A stretch of DNA of 64,000 nucleotides. Origin: Felis catus (Eukaryota). The stretch lies in the NCBI RefSeq assembly GCF_018350175.1, contig NC_058383.1, positions 14,386,001 through 14,450,000 of the forward strand, written 5' to 3'. The translations under genes were made by a program, and so were the position numbers. This document shows, in pieces, positions 24,251-37,241 of the stretch (its first letter is position 1; each line of letters begins with the position of its first letter). Below the pieces are notes generated by a model. The model did not search any database. It saw only the letters and a list, made by a program, of their open reading frames with translations, and was not told the DNA's origin.

Positions 24251-26369
24251 CATGCGTCTCTCTTTCTGAGCATCCAGCTTTGGTGAATTGCGTGATTCCC
24301 TTTGATCCCATTCCCCACCCCCATCCCCGAAGACAAGGCTTTGGAAGGCTCCCCACAGATGCCTGCCTCCAGAGAACTTGACAAAACAAGTGAGGACAGA
24401 GAGAAGGAAGCAAGTACTTATGCTTTGTGACATCGAGTACTTCTCCCTTTGTTCAACCCGAAGCTTTGCTTAGCTCCTTAATAAAATAACAGATTCCACA
24501 AAGGTGGGAGGCCACACGCTCCATTGCTCCGGTTTGCGTCTTTCTGCCTCTTGGCCAAGGCAAAACCAAGAATCCAAACCAAAGAGGAGTCACGCTGGCT
24601 GGGGTGTGGAGGGAAGTCCTCAGAAGGCACGTGTCGTGCCAGCAGTGTGCGGTTAGGTGTAGACCCGCCCTCCCTTGTCTGAACAGTTTCGATCCTGAAC
24701 TTGGTGACTTCTTTTGTCCTGCAGTGAAGATTACATTCAGCCAGAATGATGAAAACACTTGACGTTTATGCATAAGCCGAGGTGATTTCTGGAGAAAACC
24801 TCGTCGTGGGTCCAGAGTCATCACAGGTCCAGAATAACTTCGAGATGGCTCCGTTGGAACGCCTCGCTGGGAACAAACACTTATTCACGGTCCCCCTTTG
24901 ACCCTGAGGTCGGAGTCTTTTGTGGGCCGGCCTTGACACACCGAGAAAATTCACCCGGCTTGTGTCTGTGAGCACATCCGGGCCCTGAGCCGACGTGTTG
25001 CTTCATCTTTAAGCTGTATTCCTTTAACGCAATAGCAATTTGCATCTCCTGATTACCTATTTATTACCTGCCGGATAAAAGAGCGATCCAGAACACCACG
25101 CACGCTTTCCCACAGGAGGAAAGGAGCCAGGCCACGCTGCAGGTCTGTGTGGCCGGAAAGTGTTCGAACGAGGGACGAGGGAGGAAGAGGAAGCACCTTC
25201 CTCCATGATAAGCTTAATTGTTTTAAGCAAGGGGATTTCAAGTCGCACACACCTGGGATCAGCATTCAGCCTACAGGTTTTGCTAAGCTTGTGTGACAGG
25301 CTAATCTCCTTTGTTCAATGCCTGAGGAGGATATTTTCTGCATTATTAGACAAGTCAATGAAGATAAAACAAAATATTAACTATTTTAAGCCGCACTAGT
25401 CCACCCCAAAGAAATTAAGCTGCCTCTTCTAATCGTGCCCAGCTTCTTTGTCCTGATGAGAAGGGGGCTGAGCTGCGGGCCGTGAGGCGGGCGGTTTGCA
25501 AGGGCCCGCGGCCCCCCACTTGTCAGGTGCTAGCAAGTTAGGTGATTTGTGAAACTGGGGACCTTGTTTCCAGGCAGGGAAAGAAAGAAAGGAAAAGTAA
25601 ATGAAACCCACAGCGGCGTGACGTCCGTCAGCATATTTTAAAAAGGCGTCTATGTCTCTTTTGCAATTATGTTAAGCCAGCTAATCCTGTGTCTGGGGCT
25701 TCGGCAACTTGGAAACAGCAGAGCAGTTCGGCAGCAGGATGCTGTCATGCAAAAACTGCCGGTCCCGTCTCTGCCCCCGGGATCCCGTATAATTTCCAGT
25801 CGGCTTTTTAAGACAGAAACCTGGCCGCCGTCACCCGAACGGTGACGGCGTCCGCCCGCTCTTCTGGCCCCTTCGAAGCGGGAACCGTCATTAAAAACCA
25901 GAGAGGTGAGCACGCGCGGCCCTTCCCTGGCAGGTCAGCTGAGCCGCTGGTGTTTCACGGGAGCCGCTGCCCTTGCTGGTTTAGGTGGTCGGTCCCGGAG
26001 CCGCCAGGACGAGCCAGATCCTCCAGATCCCAGCCTTGGCCGGGCGCAGGGGCTGTGGCCGTGGCTTTGCAGATGAACAACCTGCCGGGGGTGTCACAGG
26101 CTCCCGGCTTCTCTTCAGAGGACCCGTCCCTCCCCCACGACGAGCCTCACACCCACAAGCCGCCACAGGACACGGGCCTGGCTTTACAGTTTTCCACTCC
26201 AGAGCCTTTGCCTGGTTGCGGAACGTCAGGGGTTCCCCGGGGGCAGACCGTGGACACCTGTGTGGGTGCGTGCGCACCTGAACCCGAACGTGGACAGCCC
26301 CTCACCTGCGTCACCTCCCGGCTGCTCGCCTGTCCTATCTCTGTTAGTTCTGGTGCTCAGCACCGTTCT

Positions 26370-26545
26370 GGGTGTTTCTATTTGCTGTCTTATTTAATCC
26401 GCACAAGACAAGAATGTTCATGAAGTGGGTGTAATTATCTCTGTTTTGTAGCTGAGGAAACGCTTGGCTTCCCTGAGCCTTCAACTTGCCCAAAGCTCCT
26501 AAGTTTGTGGCACAGCTAGGATTCAAACCAGAGCCTGTGTCCTTG
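26370..26545 (-). mobile_element. MIR
   Basis: TTTTGTAGCTGAGGAAAC...AACTTGCCCAAAG...AGCTAGGATTCAAACC. Confidence 0.75.
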
Positions 26546-26844
26546 CCCGGGATGCCCCCAAGGACCTGGAAACTAGGATTCGGGGCAAGGGCTTTAGTGG
26601 GGGGGGGGATGATCCCCAAAAGCACTGTGAAAGTGTATGCGTTTGGGGGTATGTTTTTGTTTTTGTTTTTGTTTTGTATGGCAGCCTCAAGCAGAAAGAG
26701 CATTGTACTGGGAGGGGTCACTGCCTCTCCCGGGGCCTCAATGGATTTCTTTAATAACTGCGCTTCCCCAGGGACGCATTTTGTCTGGCCCGACGCCCAG
26801 GGGCCAGAACTGCACCCGGGGATCAGGCCCCAAGGCTTGCCAAA

Positions 26845-27025
26845 GTGGCTTCTAGTGTATTCACAGTGCTGTGTAACCATCACCACCGTGGATTTTATAG
26901 TAGTTCCGTCCTCCCCGAAAGAAACCCCATACCTCATCACCATCATCCCCTAGTCCCTACATCCCCCCCAGCCTAGACAGCCGCTCCGTCTACTTTCTGG
27001 CTGTCGATTTGCCCGACGCTGGGGC
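26845..27025 (-). mobile_element. Old L1MB/MC 3' fragment
   Basis: TAGTGTATTCACAGTGCTGTGTAACCATCACCAC...CCCCGAAAGAAACCCCATACC...TCTACTTTCTG. Confidence 0.75.
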
Positions 27026-27820
27026 CTTTGTCCCCCATCAGCCGGGTAGCTCCTGATGCTGATTCCCTGGCACGTCCAGCCTTCCCAGAGTGCAGGCCCC
27101 CAGGCCAACCCGCGTCTGCCCAGAGAACACAGAGCACACCCAGGCCGAGAGGCCTGGGAGCTGGAGGCCGCAGCGGGTGTGGGAGGGCCTCAGGGATGCC
27201 GGCGAGGTGCCGTGTGCTCTACCCATCCGTGTATCTTCTCTGCTTCCGTCCATTAAATCACCTCTTTTCTCCCAAGATCCAGGAAGGCCGATGTGGAAAG
27301 CCTCTGCTCCTCCGGTCCATCCCATTTGGTTGGTCCTCTTCCCAGGTGGGAGAGTAACGTAGCTTTAGAGGGTACGGTCAGGGCATGGGGCCCGAACAGG
27401 GAGGTGACGAGGCTTCCAGGTGCAAAGCGGGGCAAGCGGGAGTTTGCAGGGATCCGGCCGGAAGCCCGGGGCCCAGAGTGGGTGCAGTGAGGGGCGGGGG
27501 GCATGAGGAAGCAGGGCCGAGAGGGTGGGAGAGGCAGATCCTGCAGGAGGGCTCTTGGTGACCTTGGTTAGGAGTTGGGATTTTCTTCCAAAGCAAGGGG
27601 AAGCCAAGCTGTGAAGCCTGGTAAGAAGGGATGTGACCTGATTTCCTAGTCCGTTTGCCTAGGACTTCGGCCCTTTAGCACTGGATTCCTGTTGGCCTTC
27701 TCCAACCCCACCAGTTTCTGTAGCCCTTAAACTCCAGTCCAGTGACACGGACCCCGTCAGTAGCACCCTTGCTCGCCCAAATAGAACTTTGTGCAAATTA
27801 GGGTAAGGCACAAGACACTT

Positions 27821-27839
27821 TAGTGCCATCTGCTGGAAA
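27821..27839 (-). promoter_or_regulatory. CTCF-like binding motif
   Basis: minus strand reads TTTCCAGCAGATGGCACTA, matching the CCASYAGRKGGCRS core. Confidence 0.6.
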
Positions 27840-30629
27840 ACCAGCATAATTAATGTACCTGTGTATGATTGTGCCCCTTAGAGTTGGGCAGTGCACAACC
27901 TGCATAACTGTATAGGGCAACCCTGCCCGCCACCCACGACAAACTTCTCTGATACTGTTGCTTGGATCAGTCAGGGTTCCCTTCTCTTGTCAGACATCCC
28001 AGAATCCCGCTTCTGCTTGACATTTTTGGTAGCAACTGCTACCCATCGCCTGGATGGAAAGGAATTTTTTCTTTTATCTGCAGTAGAGTTCCCTCAACAC
28101 TGACTCTCTGCTAACAAACAGCTAATTTGGGATCCAGCCTCCCAAACCATGAGATGCGTCCTGCATCACTGAGGTCAGCTTTCCTTGCCCAGCTGTGTTA
28201 GAAGCGGCCTGACAGGGAGAAGCCACTTAGGCTGGTGGTGTTTCTGGCTCTCTCCTAGTCTCCTGTGGGCACAGCCCCTGACTTCAGCATCTGGGTCAGC
28301 CTAGCTGCCCGGGCCTCACACGAGGTCTGCAGTCTCTCCACCGGCCTCTCAGAGAGATGCCCCTTAAGAAGATGCCTGTCCGGGTCATCAGCACAAAGGC
28401 TCAGGGGACAGCTTTGCTTTCTGGCTCCCTCGGTTTCCCTGGCGGCCCCCTGAGAGACGCCGGAGGCTGGGCGGATTTTTGAGGCTCTCAGATCTACCAC
28501 CTGGGAAGTGGCCCACTTTGGCTGTGCCACATTTATGCCAGTAGTGACTGAGCCCCAGTGCTGCCCTAGGCATTATTCTTCCTGTCCCTTCCGACAGCCA
28601 GCGCGGGCTCGGCTCCCTGCGTGTGGGCAAAGGTGGGGAGCGACGGAGGGGAGTGTGGGGGAGAAACAGGCCCGAGGCCCAGGTTGCCTGTCAAGGGAAA
28701 TATTTCATTCTTGTCTAATGGGCCAAGATTCCTTTAGCAACAACCTGGTCTCCTCTTTTCGAGCACTGCGATTTCCCAGAATGGCAAATGGAAACTGCAA
28801 CAGTGCATTAAATAGCATTTCTATGCAATTAAAACACATTAAAATGGCAATTAAGTTTCACAAACAGCCTTCTCTATGTTCCCCGGGTTGATTAGGCTGT
28901 TGGTGCTGTTTTCAAGGAGGATTGTTGTAACTAAAGGCTGAGTGATCATTTTACAGATTGAGCCGTTCCGTGGGAAGCAAGGAACCCTGCATTCTAGGTC
29001 TCTTATCCTTCCCTTGGCAATTTCGGGTTGTTTTTATTTTCGTTTCTTGATTATGGAAAATTTCAAGCTCGTGCAAAAGTTGAACGGTATAACCCACCTC
29101 CACGCCCCCGTCGCCCGGCTTCCGCAGTTAGCAGCTCTCGGGCAGTCTCCCCTCGGTTATTATTTTTTCCTAAAGAGAAGACCGTGTCAGAGGATTCTGG
29201 TAAGAGAAGCCGATGTGGATTAAAAGCTCTCTAGATCCAGGAGACCCCCCGCCCCTCCGAGCAGAATGCAGGCAGGTTGGGGGGGCTGGGGGGACCGTCC
29301 CGGGCAGATGTCCCTGCTCACTGCCTACTGAAGCTTGGCCATTGGGGAACAAACTAGATCTCCCATCTTTCTCTCCGGCTGCCATTTTTCCACGGGTGGG
29401 CTTCATGGTCTAGAAGACACTTCACTGGGGTTGCCGCTAGGGCCCGATGAGGTCGGGCTTCCGAGGAGCACCCTCCCACCCCCGCCAAAGGTTCCGACGG
29501 GGCCCTTGGCGGCGCCCCCTCCCTCCTCATTCGCGAATGCCGACCCCTCTTCATAGGGGCTCATCTTTTCTTTCTCGCCTTTGCTTTCCCTGGGTGGGGG
29601 AGGGGAGCTAGTACCCTTCTCATTTTGATAATCGAGGAATGAGATAACTGCTCAGAATCCACAGGGATTAGTAGCAGAGAAGGAGTAAGACTTGGGTGTC
29701 ACTGTTTCGGACGGGTGACACAGCTGCTGTCCTCGGCGTGTGTCCTCACGTGTCCCTTGTGGGATCAAGTCGAGAACCCCTTCCTTTCCCATGGCCGTCC
29801 GGGGAGGTGGAGAGACGGCCGTTTTTCTTCACCTCCTTGCCGGCCTCCTGGGCACCTGGCGCCAGGTCCCCGGGCCTCCTTCAGAGAGCAGAGGGGGTGC
29901 AGGATACGTCTCCTTGGGGCCGTAGGCTTCCTTGGGGAAACGGAGACATGGAAGCGTGTGGAATTACCCCAGGCCGCCCCGGAGCAGCCCCACCCGCTGG
30001 CCCGAGCCTACGGTTGACACACGTTTCCTTCTCTTCTGCTTGTCGCTCTGTCGTCCACGGCAGAGTCCCTGTTTCATCCCAGTTTCTGCCTGGGAGGACG
30101 GCTTTCATCCTGAGGGGCCGAACGTGCCACGTTTGTCCCAGCCAGAAGCGACCACGGCCTCTCGGCCTCATGCTTGGTCTCTCCGAGCCGCACGGGCACA
30201 GCGCCGTCCAGGGGGTTTCCTGGGCCGCCTGGGATGGATGCCGTCTTGGCCGGTGTTTCTATTCCGTCAGGACCACTGTTCCTCAGGGCCTGAACTGACC
30301 CCTGGGGCTGCTGACAGTAACGCAGGGGTGTCAGAGACCTCAGGACGGGAGCCCTGTTGCCCCGTTGGCCCGGCCGTATTGCTGTATTGCGTAGCTCGTT
30401 GATTTTCACGTGCCGCGTTTTTAGGAATAACACAACGTGGAAGGTTCTGTCTGGCCCATCCGTGTCTTTACATTCTCTTTCCGGTTTTGTGGCTGCCCTT
30501 CCTATCGGATCAGACATCGCTCTGTAGAAGACATCGAGATGGGTAATAGGATCATAAGGATCAATCATTTGAGAAAAAAAGAGTTACCACCTGCAACTAC
30601 ACGCCAGGGGCGGTACCAGGTTTAAGGAT

Positions 30630-31080
30630 TTCAGGGATGAATGATAGAGAGAGCCCCTCCTTTCGTGGCGCTTACAAAACTACAGTAGGGAGAGACATGA
30701 AACCGATCAGCCCCCAAGTAAATGAAAACAGAAAACCTAAGCCTGTGATACATGTTGTGGAGGAAATTGAACAGAGGGATGCTAGGGTGGCATGGGCACC
30801 GCTCCAGTGAAGGAGAAAAAGAGCCAGCTGTTGGGAAAGGGTTGGGACCAGGAGCTCTCATCTCTGAGGGGGCAGCTCGTCCAAGATCCCAGGGGAGGCT
30901 TGGTCCCTCATGGGAAGGAGAGGGTGGGCAGTGGGCAAGAGCCAGGGGGGGAGGAGAGAAGGCATCGAGGGCCAGATCGTGCAGACCTTCTCTGCCAGGG
31001 CAAGCAGGTAGCATTTATTCTTAGTTCAAGGAGAAGCTCTGAGAGGGTGTTGAGCAGGGGCCTGGCGTGATCTGATCCGG
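30630..31080 (-). mobile_element. L2 fragment
   Basis: CCTTTCGTGGCGCTTACA...AGTAGGGAGAGACA...TGTGATACATGTTGTGGAGGAAAT resembles reverse L2. Confidence 0.6.
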
Positions 31081-31121
31081 GTTACAAAAATCGCCACGAT
31101 GTGCCAAAATGCTTACCGGCA

Positions 31122-31123
<2 letters not shown>

Positions 31124-31170
<47 letters not shown>
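31124..31170. repeat. (TG)n microsatellite
   Basis: perfect TG run. Confidence 0.97.
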
Positions 31171-31172
<2 letters not shown>

Positions 31173-32213
31173 CCTCTCGTATCTTCTGTTGTTTCTGCAC
31201 GTTTCCTGTTTCCCTTGGTTTCTGAAGAAGCCAGTTTTTTGATCTTCACATTGTCATTTCCACTCGTCCTTTCCTCCGGGACCCAAGTTCTAACCCAGAA
31301 ATGGCTTTCTTCAGGGAACTCTGGCTGGGGCGTTTGCCATCTGTTAAAAATCATCGTAACCCGTTATGCTTTGAATATGGCATTTCTGAAAGTCCTGGAT
31401 ACGCTGTGAGATTTAACCAGGATACCATTAATCACCCAAGAGACACAGTCCACCGCGTGCTCCTAAGATCAATATGGCCTGAGATTGTTATTTCCAGAAT
31501 GCCTCCTCACTCCGTGAGTCACCAGGAAGCTTCAGAATGGCTGTATAGCTCCACAAATTTGCAGCCTTCTCTAAACATGATTTGGAAATACTCTCACGCC
31601 GCCCCTGGGGTAGAGGGAGAAAAGATGGATGTTCTGAACAGCGCGTATTTCTAAAAGCCCACTGCCAGACAAGATTAAAACCTCTGCCTGGAAAGAAATT
31701 GGAAGATTCTCCGCGCCCCAGTAAATGGTTCCCTGCCTGGTTTTTTGTTTTGTTTTGTTTTGTTTTCTGTCTCTTGCATGGATTAGGTAAACGGTTTAAT
31801 CGGCGAGCATTGGCCAGTTCATTCATTTGTCTACACATTCATTCATTTTGTAACCATACCCTCCGCCAGATGTCCCAGAGGGTGTTGAGCAGAGAAGGAC
31901 CTTGGCTTTTCTCTTCAGGAAATGTGAGGGTTCTCCAGAGTCATGGTTGAGAATCATGGGGGCATATTTCTGTTCTCTCAGTGACAGCGTTAGCAGCAGG
32001 TTGGGGCAGCTTCAGCACAGATAAAGCCGGGAGGGACCAGCAGGTTGGCTCAGGGAGAAGGACAAACGGAGAGGTGTGATCTGGGAGTGGCTGTAGCAGC
32101 TATTCTAAGGAGGCATGCTTAAGTGCTGTGTAAGTGCAGAGGCAGGAGGGCTGGGGCGGGGGGGGGGGGGGACAGAAATGAATGGGGCTGTTAATCTAAC
32201 CAGAAGGCAGCAG

Positions 32214-32640
32214 TATTCACTCATTCGGTGAGCATCTGTTGAGCACTTACTGTGTGCGGGGCTTGGTATAAGACTCCGAGAAATCAGTAAGATGCAGTCT
32301 TGGCCCTTCAAGCGGTCAGAGTCCAAGGGAGAGACACAGATTTAGATACGGAGTTGTATACAGTGGGGTCAGACTATGGTCGATGTAGGTGCATGGTGTC
32401 CCTTGGGGACCCAGGACCTTGCGATCCTGTGTGGACTCTCCAAGGACTCTTCCTGAAGAAAGCGGTGCTAGAATTGCATGTGAAAGGAGGTGGGAAGGGA
32501 TATGCAGGCAGCGGGACCAGCACGGGCAAGGGCAGGACGGGGTGTGTGTAAAGCTACAGAAGCATGCTTCAAGCGGGTGGTGGGAAAGACCGCTGAATGG
32601 TGGGACCTTATTCTCGGTCAGCGTGATTCTCAAAAACATG
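32214..32640 (-). mobile_element. L2 3' fragment
   Basis: TATTCACTCATTC...TGTTGAGCACTTACTGTGTGC...GCCCTTCAAG. Confidence 0.7.
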
Positions 32641-32957
32641 CTTGGGCAGGAAATGGGGGCTGGAGGTCAGAGCAAGCATGGCGGGAGAGGATGGGTTCGG
32701 GACGGGGGGACCCAGCGAAAGGACCGTAGGACGAGAGACTAGGAGAGAGGCACAGGAGCTTGGATTGCACTTGGCCTAGTGGTGGATGATGTCACTGCCC
32801 TGTTTCACCAGGACACCTGTGCTCGTCTGCTAAGGGCTCAGTGTGATCTTTGAGCACTCTCTGAAGTATGATGCTGACCTCCAGGTAGCCATGGGTGGAG
32901 AGCCAAAGCTGCCTGGAGGAGATTCCTGAGGGCCATGGGAGCCACTGAAGACTCTGG

Positions 32958-32958
<1 letters not shown>

Positions 32959-32997
<39 letters not shown>
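32959..32997. repeat. (TG)n microsatellite
   Basis: perfect TG run. Confidence 0.97.
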
Positions 32998-33000
<3 letters not shown>

Positions 33001-34254
33001 ATGGGTTCTGGGCTTCCGGAATGTCACACGCACCTCTTTGTGGCACAATAGAGCTATGACTGTGGGCACTCAGACAGATGCTGGTTCTGTCCTTCCGAAC
33101 CCAGGTCCTAGGGCTGGTACGCATTTGGACGTTTGCGCGTTTGTGTGCTCGCAAGTCAGGCGCGGGCCAGGCTTAGCACACCTGTCTCCAGGTGGCCAAA
33201 GCAGCCAGGCCCCCCGAGTGTGAAGGCTGCCTTCTTCCTCCATTCTTGCTCATGCGCCCAGGGAGCCTCCTCAAGCCCCTGCTCATCTTTCCCCGGCGTC
33301 CGGGTCACAGACTTCCAGGGCCTCTCTGGGAACCCATCTTTGTAGTAACCGTTGCTTCCCGTAACTTCTCCATGGAAACCTCTAGAACCCTGGTGCCAGC
33401 CAGGCGGCCTCGCTGCCTCCCTCTCCCCTGCGGGTGAGGACGGTGGTTCAATCAGATCACAGTGGCTGAACCCAGCTCTGGGCCTGCTGCCGATGTAGTC
33501 TGCCCCTCTCTCTTCCTTCGTGGGCTTCTCGTGTCCAGGTGCCAAGCCCAGCACGCTTCATTACTCCGGCTTGCTTGGAAAATGGTCTCTTCCTGATACA
33601 TGTGGCGGCAGGTGGGATCTCATCCATCACACTGCAGGGAAAGGATGCAGATTACCAGCTGATGGCATTGTTGCGTTTATGACACGTCTGAAACAGTAAC
33701 AGATGGTCTATATTAAACGTGTAACTGTTGCGTGAATATTCCCATAATCGTAGAGATTTTCTCCCCCGAAAGTCTTGATTCTGGAAGGAGTCATAGAACA
33801 TGAGACCATAAGGTCCCCCGGGACGCTTCTCGTCCAAATGTTTTATCCCACAAACAAAAAACCTGAAATACGGTGACGTTAAGTGATTTGCCAAGGGTCA
33901 CTCGGGTGGTTCGTGATGAAGCAGCGAATGAAATTTGGGCCCAGGCCATTCAGGCCTGTGTTCTTTGCACAGCGCTGTGGGGCTTCCCGATCCAGGCTTT
34001 GTCTCCTCTGGGAGACAAAAAAGCAGAAAAAGCCCACAGGGTTGCTACATTCCCGGCACAATCCCTTCTCCGAGCTTCGAACAGTCGTCACGCCCTTTCT
34101 GAGGTGATGCAGGTGATTCTTGGGGCCTCTGCTGGTGTGGACTGACCACACCCGCTAGCCGTGTTCTTCAGGCCTCCTACCTGGTGAAATCTGGTTTCAC
34201 CTGGGGTCACTTCTTGAGTCACATTTGGATGAGTAAGGGGCGAAATCCTCTAAG

Positions 34255-34385
34255 TCGTTGGTCTCAAACTTGCTCCCTAGACCAGCAGCATCAGAATCCC
34301 CTGGGAACTTGCTAGAAATGCAGATTGTCTGCCCCACCCCCAGACCTATCAACCGGGAAAGTCCTGGGTTGGGCCCAGCAAATCC
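34255..34385. mobile_element. MER5A relic
   Basis: GGTCTCAAACTTG...ACCAGCAGCATCAGAATCCCCTGGGAACTTGCTAGAAATGCAGATT...CCCACCCCCAGACCTA. Confidence 0.85.
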
Positions 34386-34683
34386 AGGGGACCGTGGAGC
34401 TCTGACAGTACTCTACCCAAAATCCACACATGACCTCGGTCTCCAACTGGCCGAGCAGATGATCGCAGCGTACCAGAGGCATTGACTAAAACATGCAGTT
34501 ACTGCCCTTGGAGAAGGATGTTGAAGAGAGTGAGGCCATTGTGTTCCGGAGAGTAGAACTTCTCTGTGTTAATCTCACAAAGAATAATGAGAGGGAGTCT
34601 TATCAGTGCGCATCTTCGATTGACGAGAGGTAGGGAGCATCACCTTTCACTGTTCTGATATTTGTACCACTCACAGTCCTTGT

Positions 34684-34714
34684 TTGTTTGTTTCTGAAGT
34701 TTTAATTTATTTAT

Positions 34715-34747
<33 letters not shown>

Positions 34748-34894
34748 CAATGGGGGCAGAGAGAGAGAATCCCAAGCCGGCTCCCTACTGTCACTCAGAG
34801 CCTAATGCGAGGCTTGAACTCACGAACCGAGAGATCATGACCTGAGCAGCGATCGAGAGTCTGACGCTCAGCCAACTGAGCCGCCTGGGCGCCT
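34684..34894 (-). mobile_element. Can-SINE (older) with (GA)n
   Basis: reverse SINE ending GAGCCGCCTGGGCGCC. Confidence 0.9.
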
Positions 34895-34904
34895 CAGTCC
34901 TTGC

Positions 34905-35131
34905 TTTTTTAAATTTTAAGTTTATTTATTTTGAGAGAGAGAAAGAGAGAGAGAGCTTGAGGAAGGGGAAGAGAGAGAGAAGAAGAGAGAGAGAATCCCA
35001 AGCAGGCTCCCACTGTCAGCACAGAGCCCGTTGTGGGGCTCGACCTCCCTAAGCGGATGAACTGTGAGATCATGACCTGAGCCAACATCAAGAGTCAGAT
35101 AACTCAATCGACTGAGCCACCCAGGCGCCCC
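34905..35131 (-). mobile_element. Can-SINE in tandem with the previous element
   Basis: reverse SINE ending GAGCCACCCAGGCGCCCC; flanks GTCCTTGCTTTTTT on both sides. Confidence 0.92.
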
Positions 35132-36931
35132 TGTCCTTGCTTTTTTGTTGTTTACTCTTGCCCACCTTTGAAACTTTTGTGGGTCATTTTGTTTTGAGCC
35201 TGTTGCTTGCAAGCAGTATGTGGATGGCTTTGTTTTTATGTTCTGAGCTCGGGGACGATTGTCAGAAATAGCACCTTCTCAGGAGATTTGTGGAAAATGC
35301 ACCTTTCCCTTTTGATTCCATTACTTTTCTTTGTGTTTTTAGAAACTCGCGAAGCCTGCATTTTCAAACGATCCGAGTCAGGAAGATACCTCTGTCGGTT
35401 GAATTCTCTAAATACAAGGTGTTGAACTAATTTCAGTGTTTCCTGCTCCCCATTTCCCTCTCTTCTTTCCTTTTTTCTATGAATAAAATCTGAGGTTGTA
35501 GGTTGACATTATCTGCTTATTAATTTTCCCATTAGCTAAGCTCCCTTTGAAGAATAAGATTTAATAGTCACGTTTACTTTTGCGACCGCCTCTATGCTAA
35601 TGATCAGACTTCCCTGTTTAGCTGATTGTAGTGCCAGCCACAAGTTCTTTGAGTCTAGAATATTCCCCTTTGCTTTCATTTTGATTCTCCTCTTAGGATG
35701 TTGAACTTTTTTTTCCCCCTCCGAAAAGAGTTTATGTGACTGCTGCCTGCACACGGTGCCAGGAATAGAAACAGGACCTTGGTTATTTCGATTTCCTTCT
35801 CTCTCGCAAATGCTGACATCTTCTCCCGAATCTGTAGCCGGGTCCTCACAAACTGGTTAAGCCTCGTCAGAGGACCAGGCGAGACTTTTCACGTTGAAGT
35901 GCAAAATATATTCTTTTGCAAGCTGCAACCACACCATGCCTTTTAACATTTCCAGGCACTGCCCTGCTTCAGTGACTTTACCAGCACAGCCGCATCTGGT
36001 TAAAATGCCTTCCTCGTCCACCGATGCCCAGAGGAGCGGCGTCAGCCACCTCCTCCATGAAGCCCGCGGTCATCTCCAAGCTCAGTGTCATCTCTCCACG
36101 GTCCCTTCATCTTGCGGCATCTCACTTGAGGCAGTGATCTTTTTCTCTGCTTTATTTCTTAAGAAAGTTCACGTCCCCATCCCTTCTGTCGCTGTCTGAG
36201 CCCTATTAGATTCTTTCATTAGAATTTTAAGGTACAATCTGGTCCCGTTTATCTGTTTATTTTCGGGTCCAGCCTGTATCTAGCACAAAACGTATTGCAC
36301 AGGAAAGGCACGCCATCCATGGTCGCTGTAATGATAATGATGGTTGTCGGGGACAGCCAGCAAGCTCTACATGAATGAAGTTAATTCAGCATCCGTGAAA
36401 ACATCCCTTCAGTAACATACTAAAAGGGAAGGAAGGTCTAAAGCTAGTTCAGCACGATATAGAAAATTCCTGCAGAAACCCATCAGATAGGTCATTAGGC
36501 AATGCAAATCCGTAGAAGAGAAAAAGTGGCACAAAGTCGTCCCATAACACCACCGTTTAAGTGTGAGGAACTGGTGTTTTAACCCTGATCATGTAAGACC
36601 AGCCCTGTGAGAATGCCATTGGGTCTCGCGGTAGGTAATTGAAAGGAGTTCGGGAGATTTCAAAGCCGCAACTGCACGGACATCCCTTTTCCCTCTTTCC
36701 TGTGGCCTGATTGTTACCCTGTCCTCCTCAGGCTGTCACTGAAGGCTCACTTGACTCTTGTCAAGGCTTGTGTCAGCTTTTAACTGTCTGGTCTTGTTGT
36801 ACTCGTTTTCTACTTGGTTTGTTAATCAATATTTTCCATCCGTAGCAAATCTTAAAATGTTGCAAAATCTCGAAATGTCTACAGTAAAAAGCACGAGACA
36901 AGAAACTTGGCATTTCATAAGAAGAGACCTT

Positions 36932-37142
36932 GGGCGCCGGGGTGGCTCGGTCGGTTAAGCACCCAACTTGGGCTCAGGTCATGATCGCACGGTTCGTGAG
37001 TTCGAGCCCCCTGTCGGGCTCTGTGCTGACAGCTCAGAGCCTGGAGCCTGCTTCGGATTCTGTGTCTCCCTCTCTCTCTGTCCTCCCCCGCTTGTGCTCT
37101 GTCTCTCTCTCTCAAAACTAAATAAACATTAAAAAAAAAAAA
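36932..37142 (+). mobile_element. Can-SINE
   Basis: perfect TSD AAGAAGAGACCTT at 36919-36931 and 37143-37155. Confidence 0.95.
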
Positions 37143-37241
37143 AAGAAGAGACCTTTATTTTCTCCTTAAATACATGTGCTCACACACATGCACACACACA
37201 TTTCCCACCACAACCCCCCTCCCTGTTTATTCATCTTTCTT

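Noticed and set aside
25842..30568. Several 150-200 aa ORFs in GC-rich sequence
   Set aside because: Overlapping on both strands, low-complexity Pro/Gly/Arg composition and no recognisable family; expected by chance at high GC.
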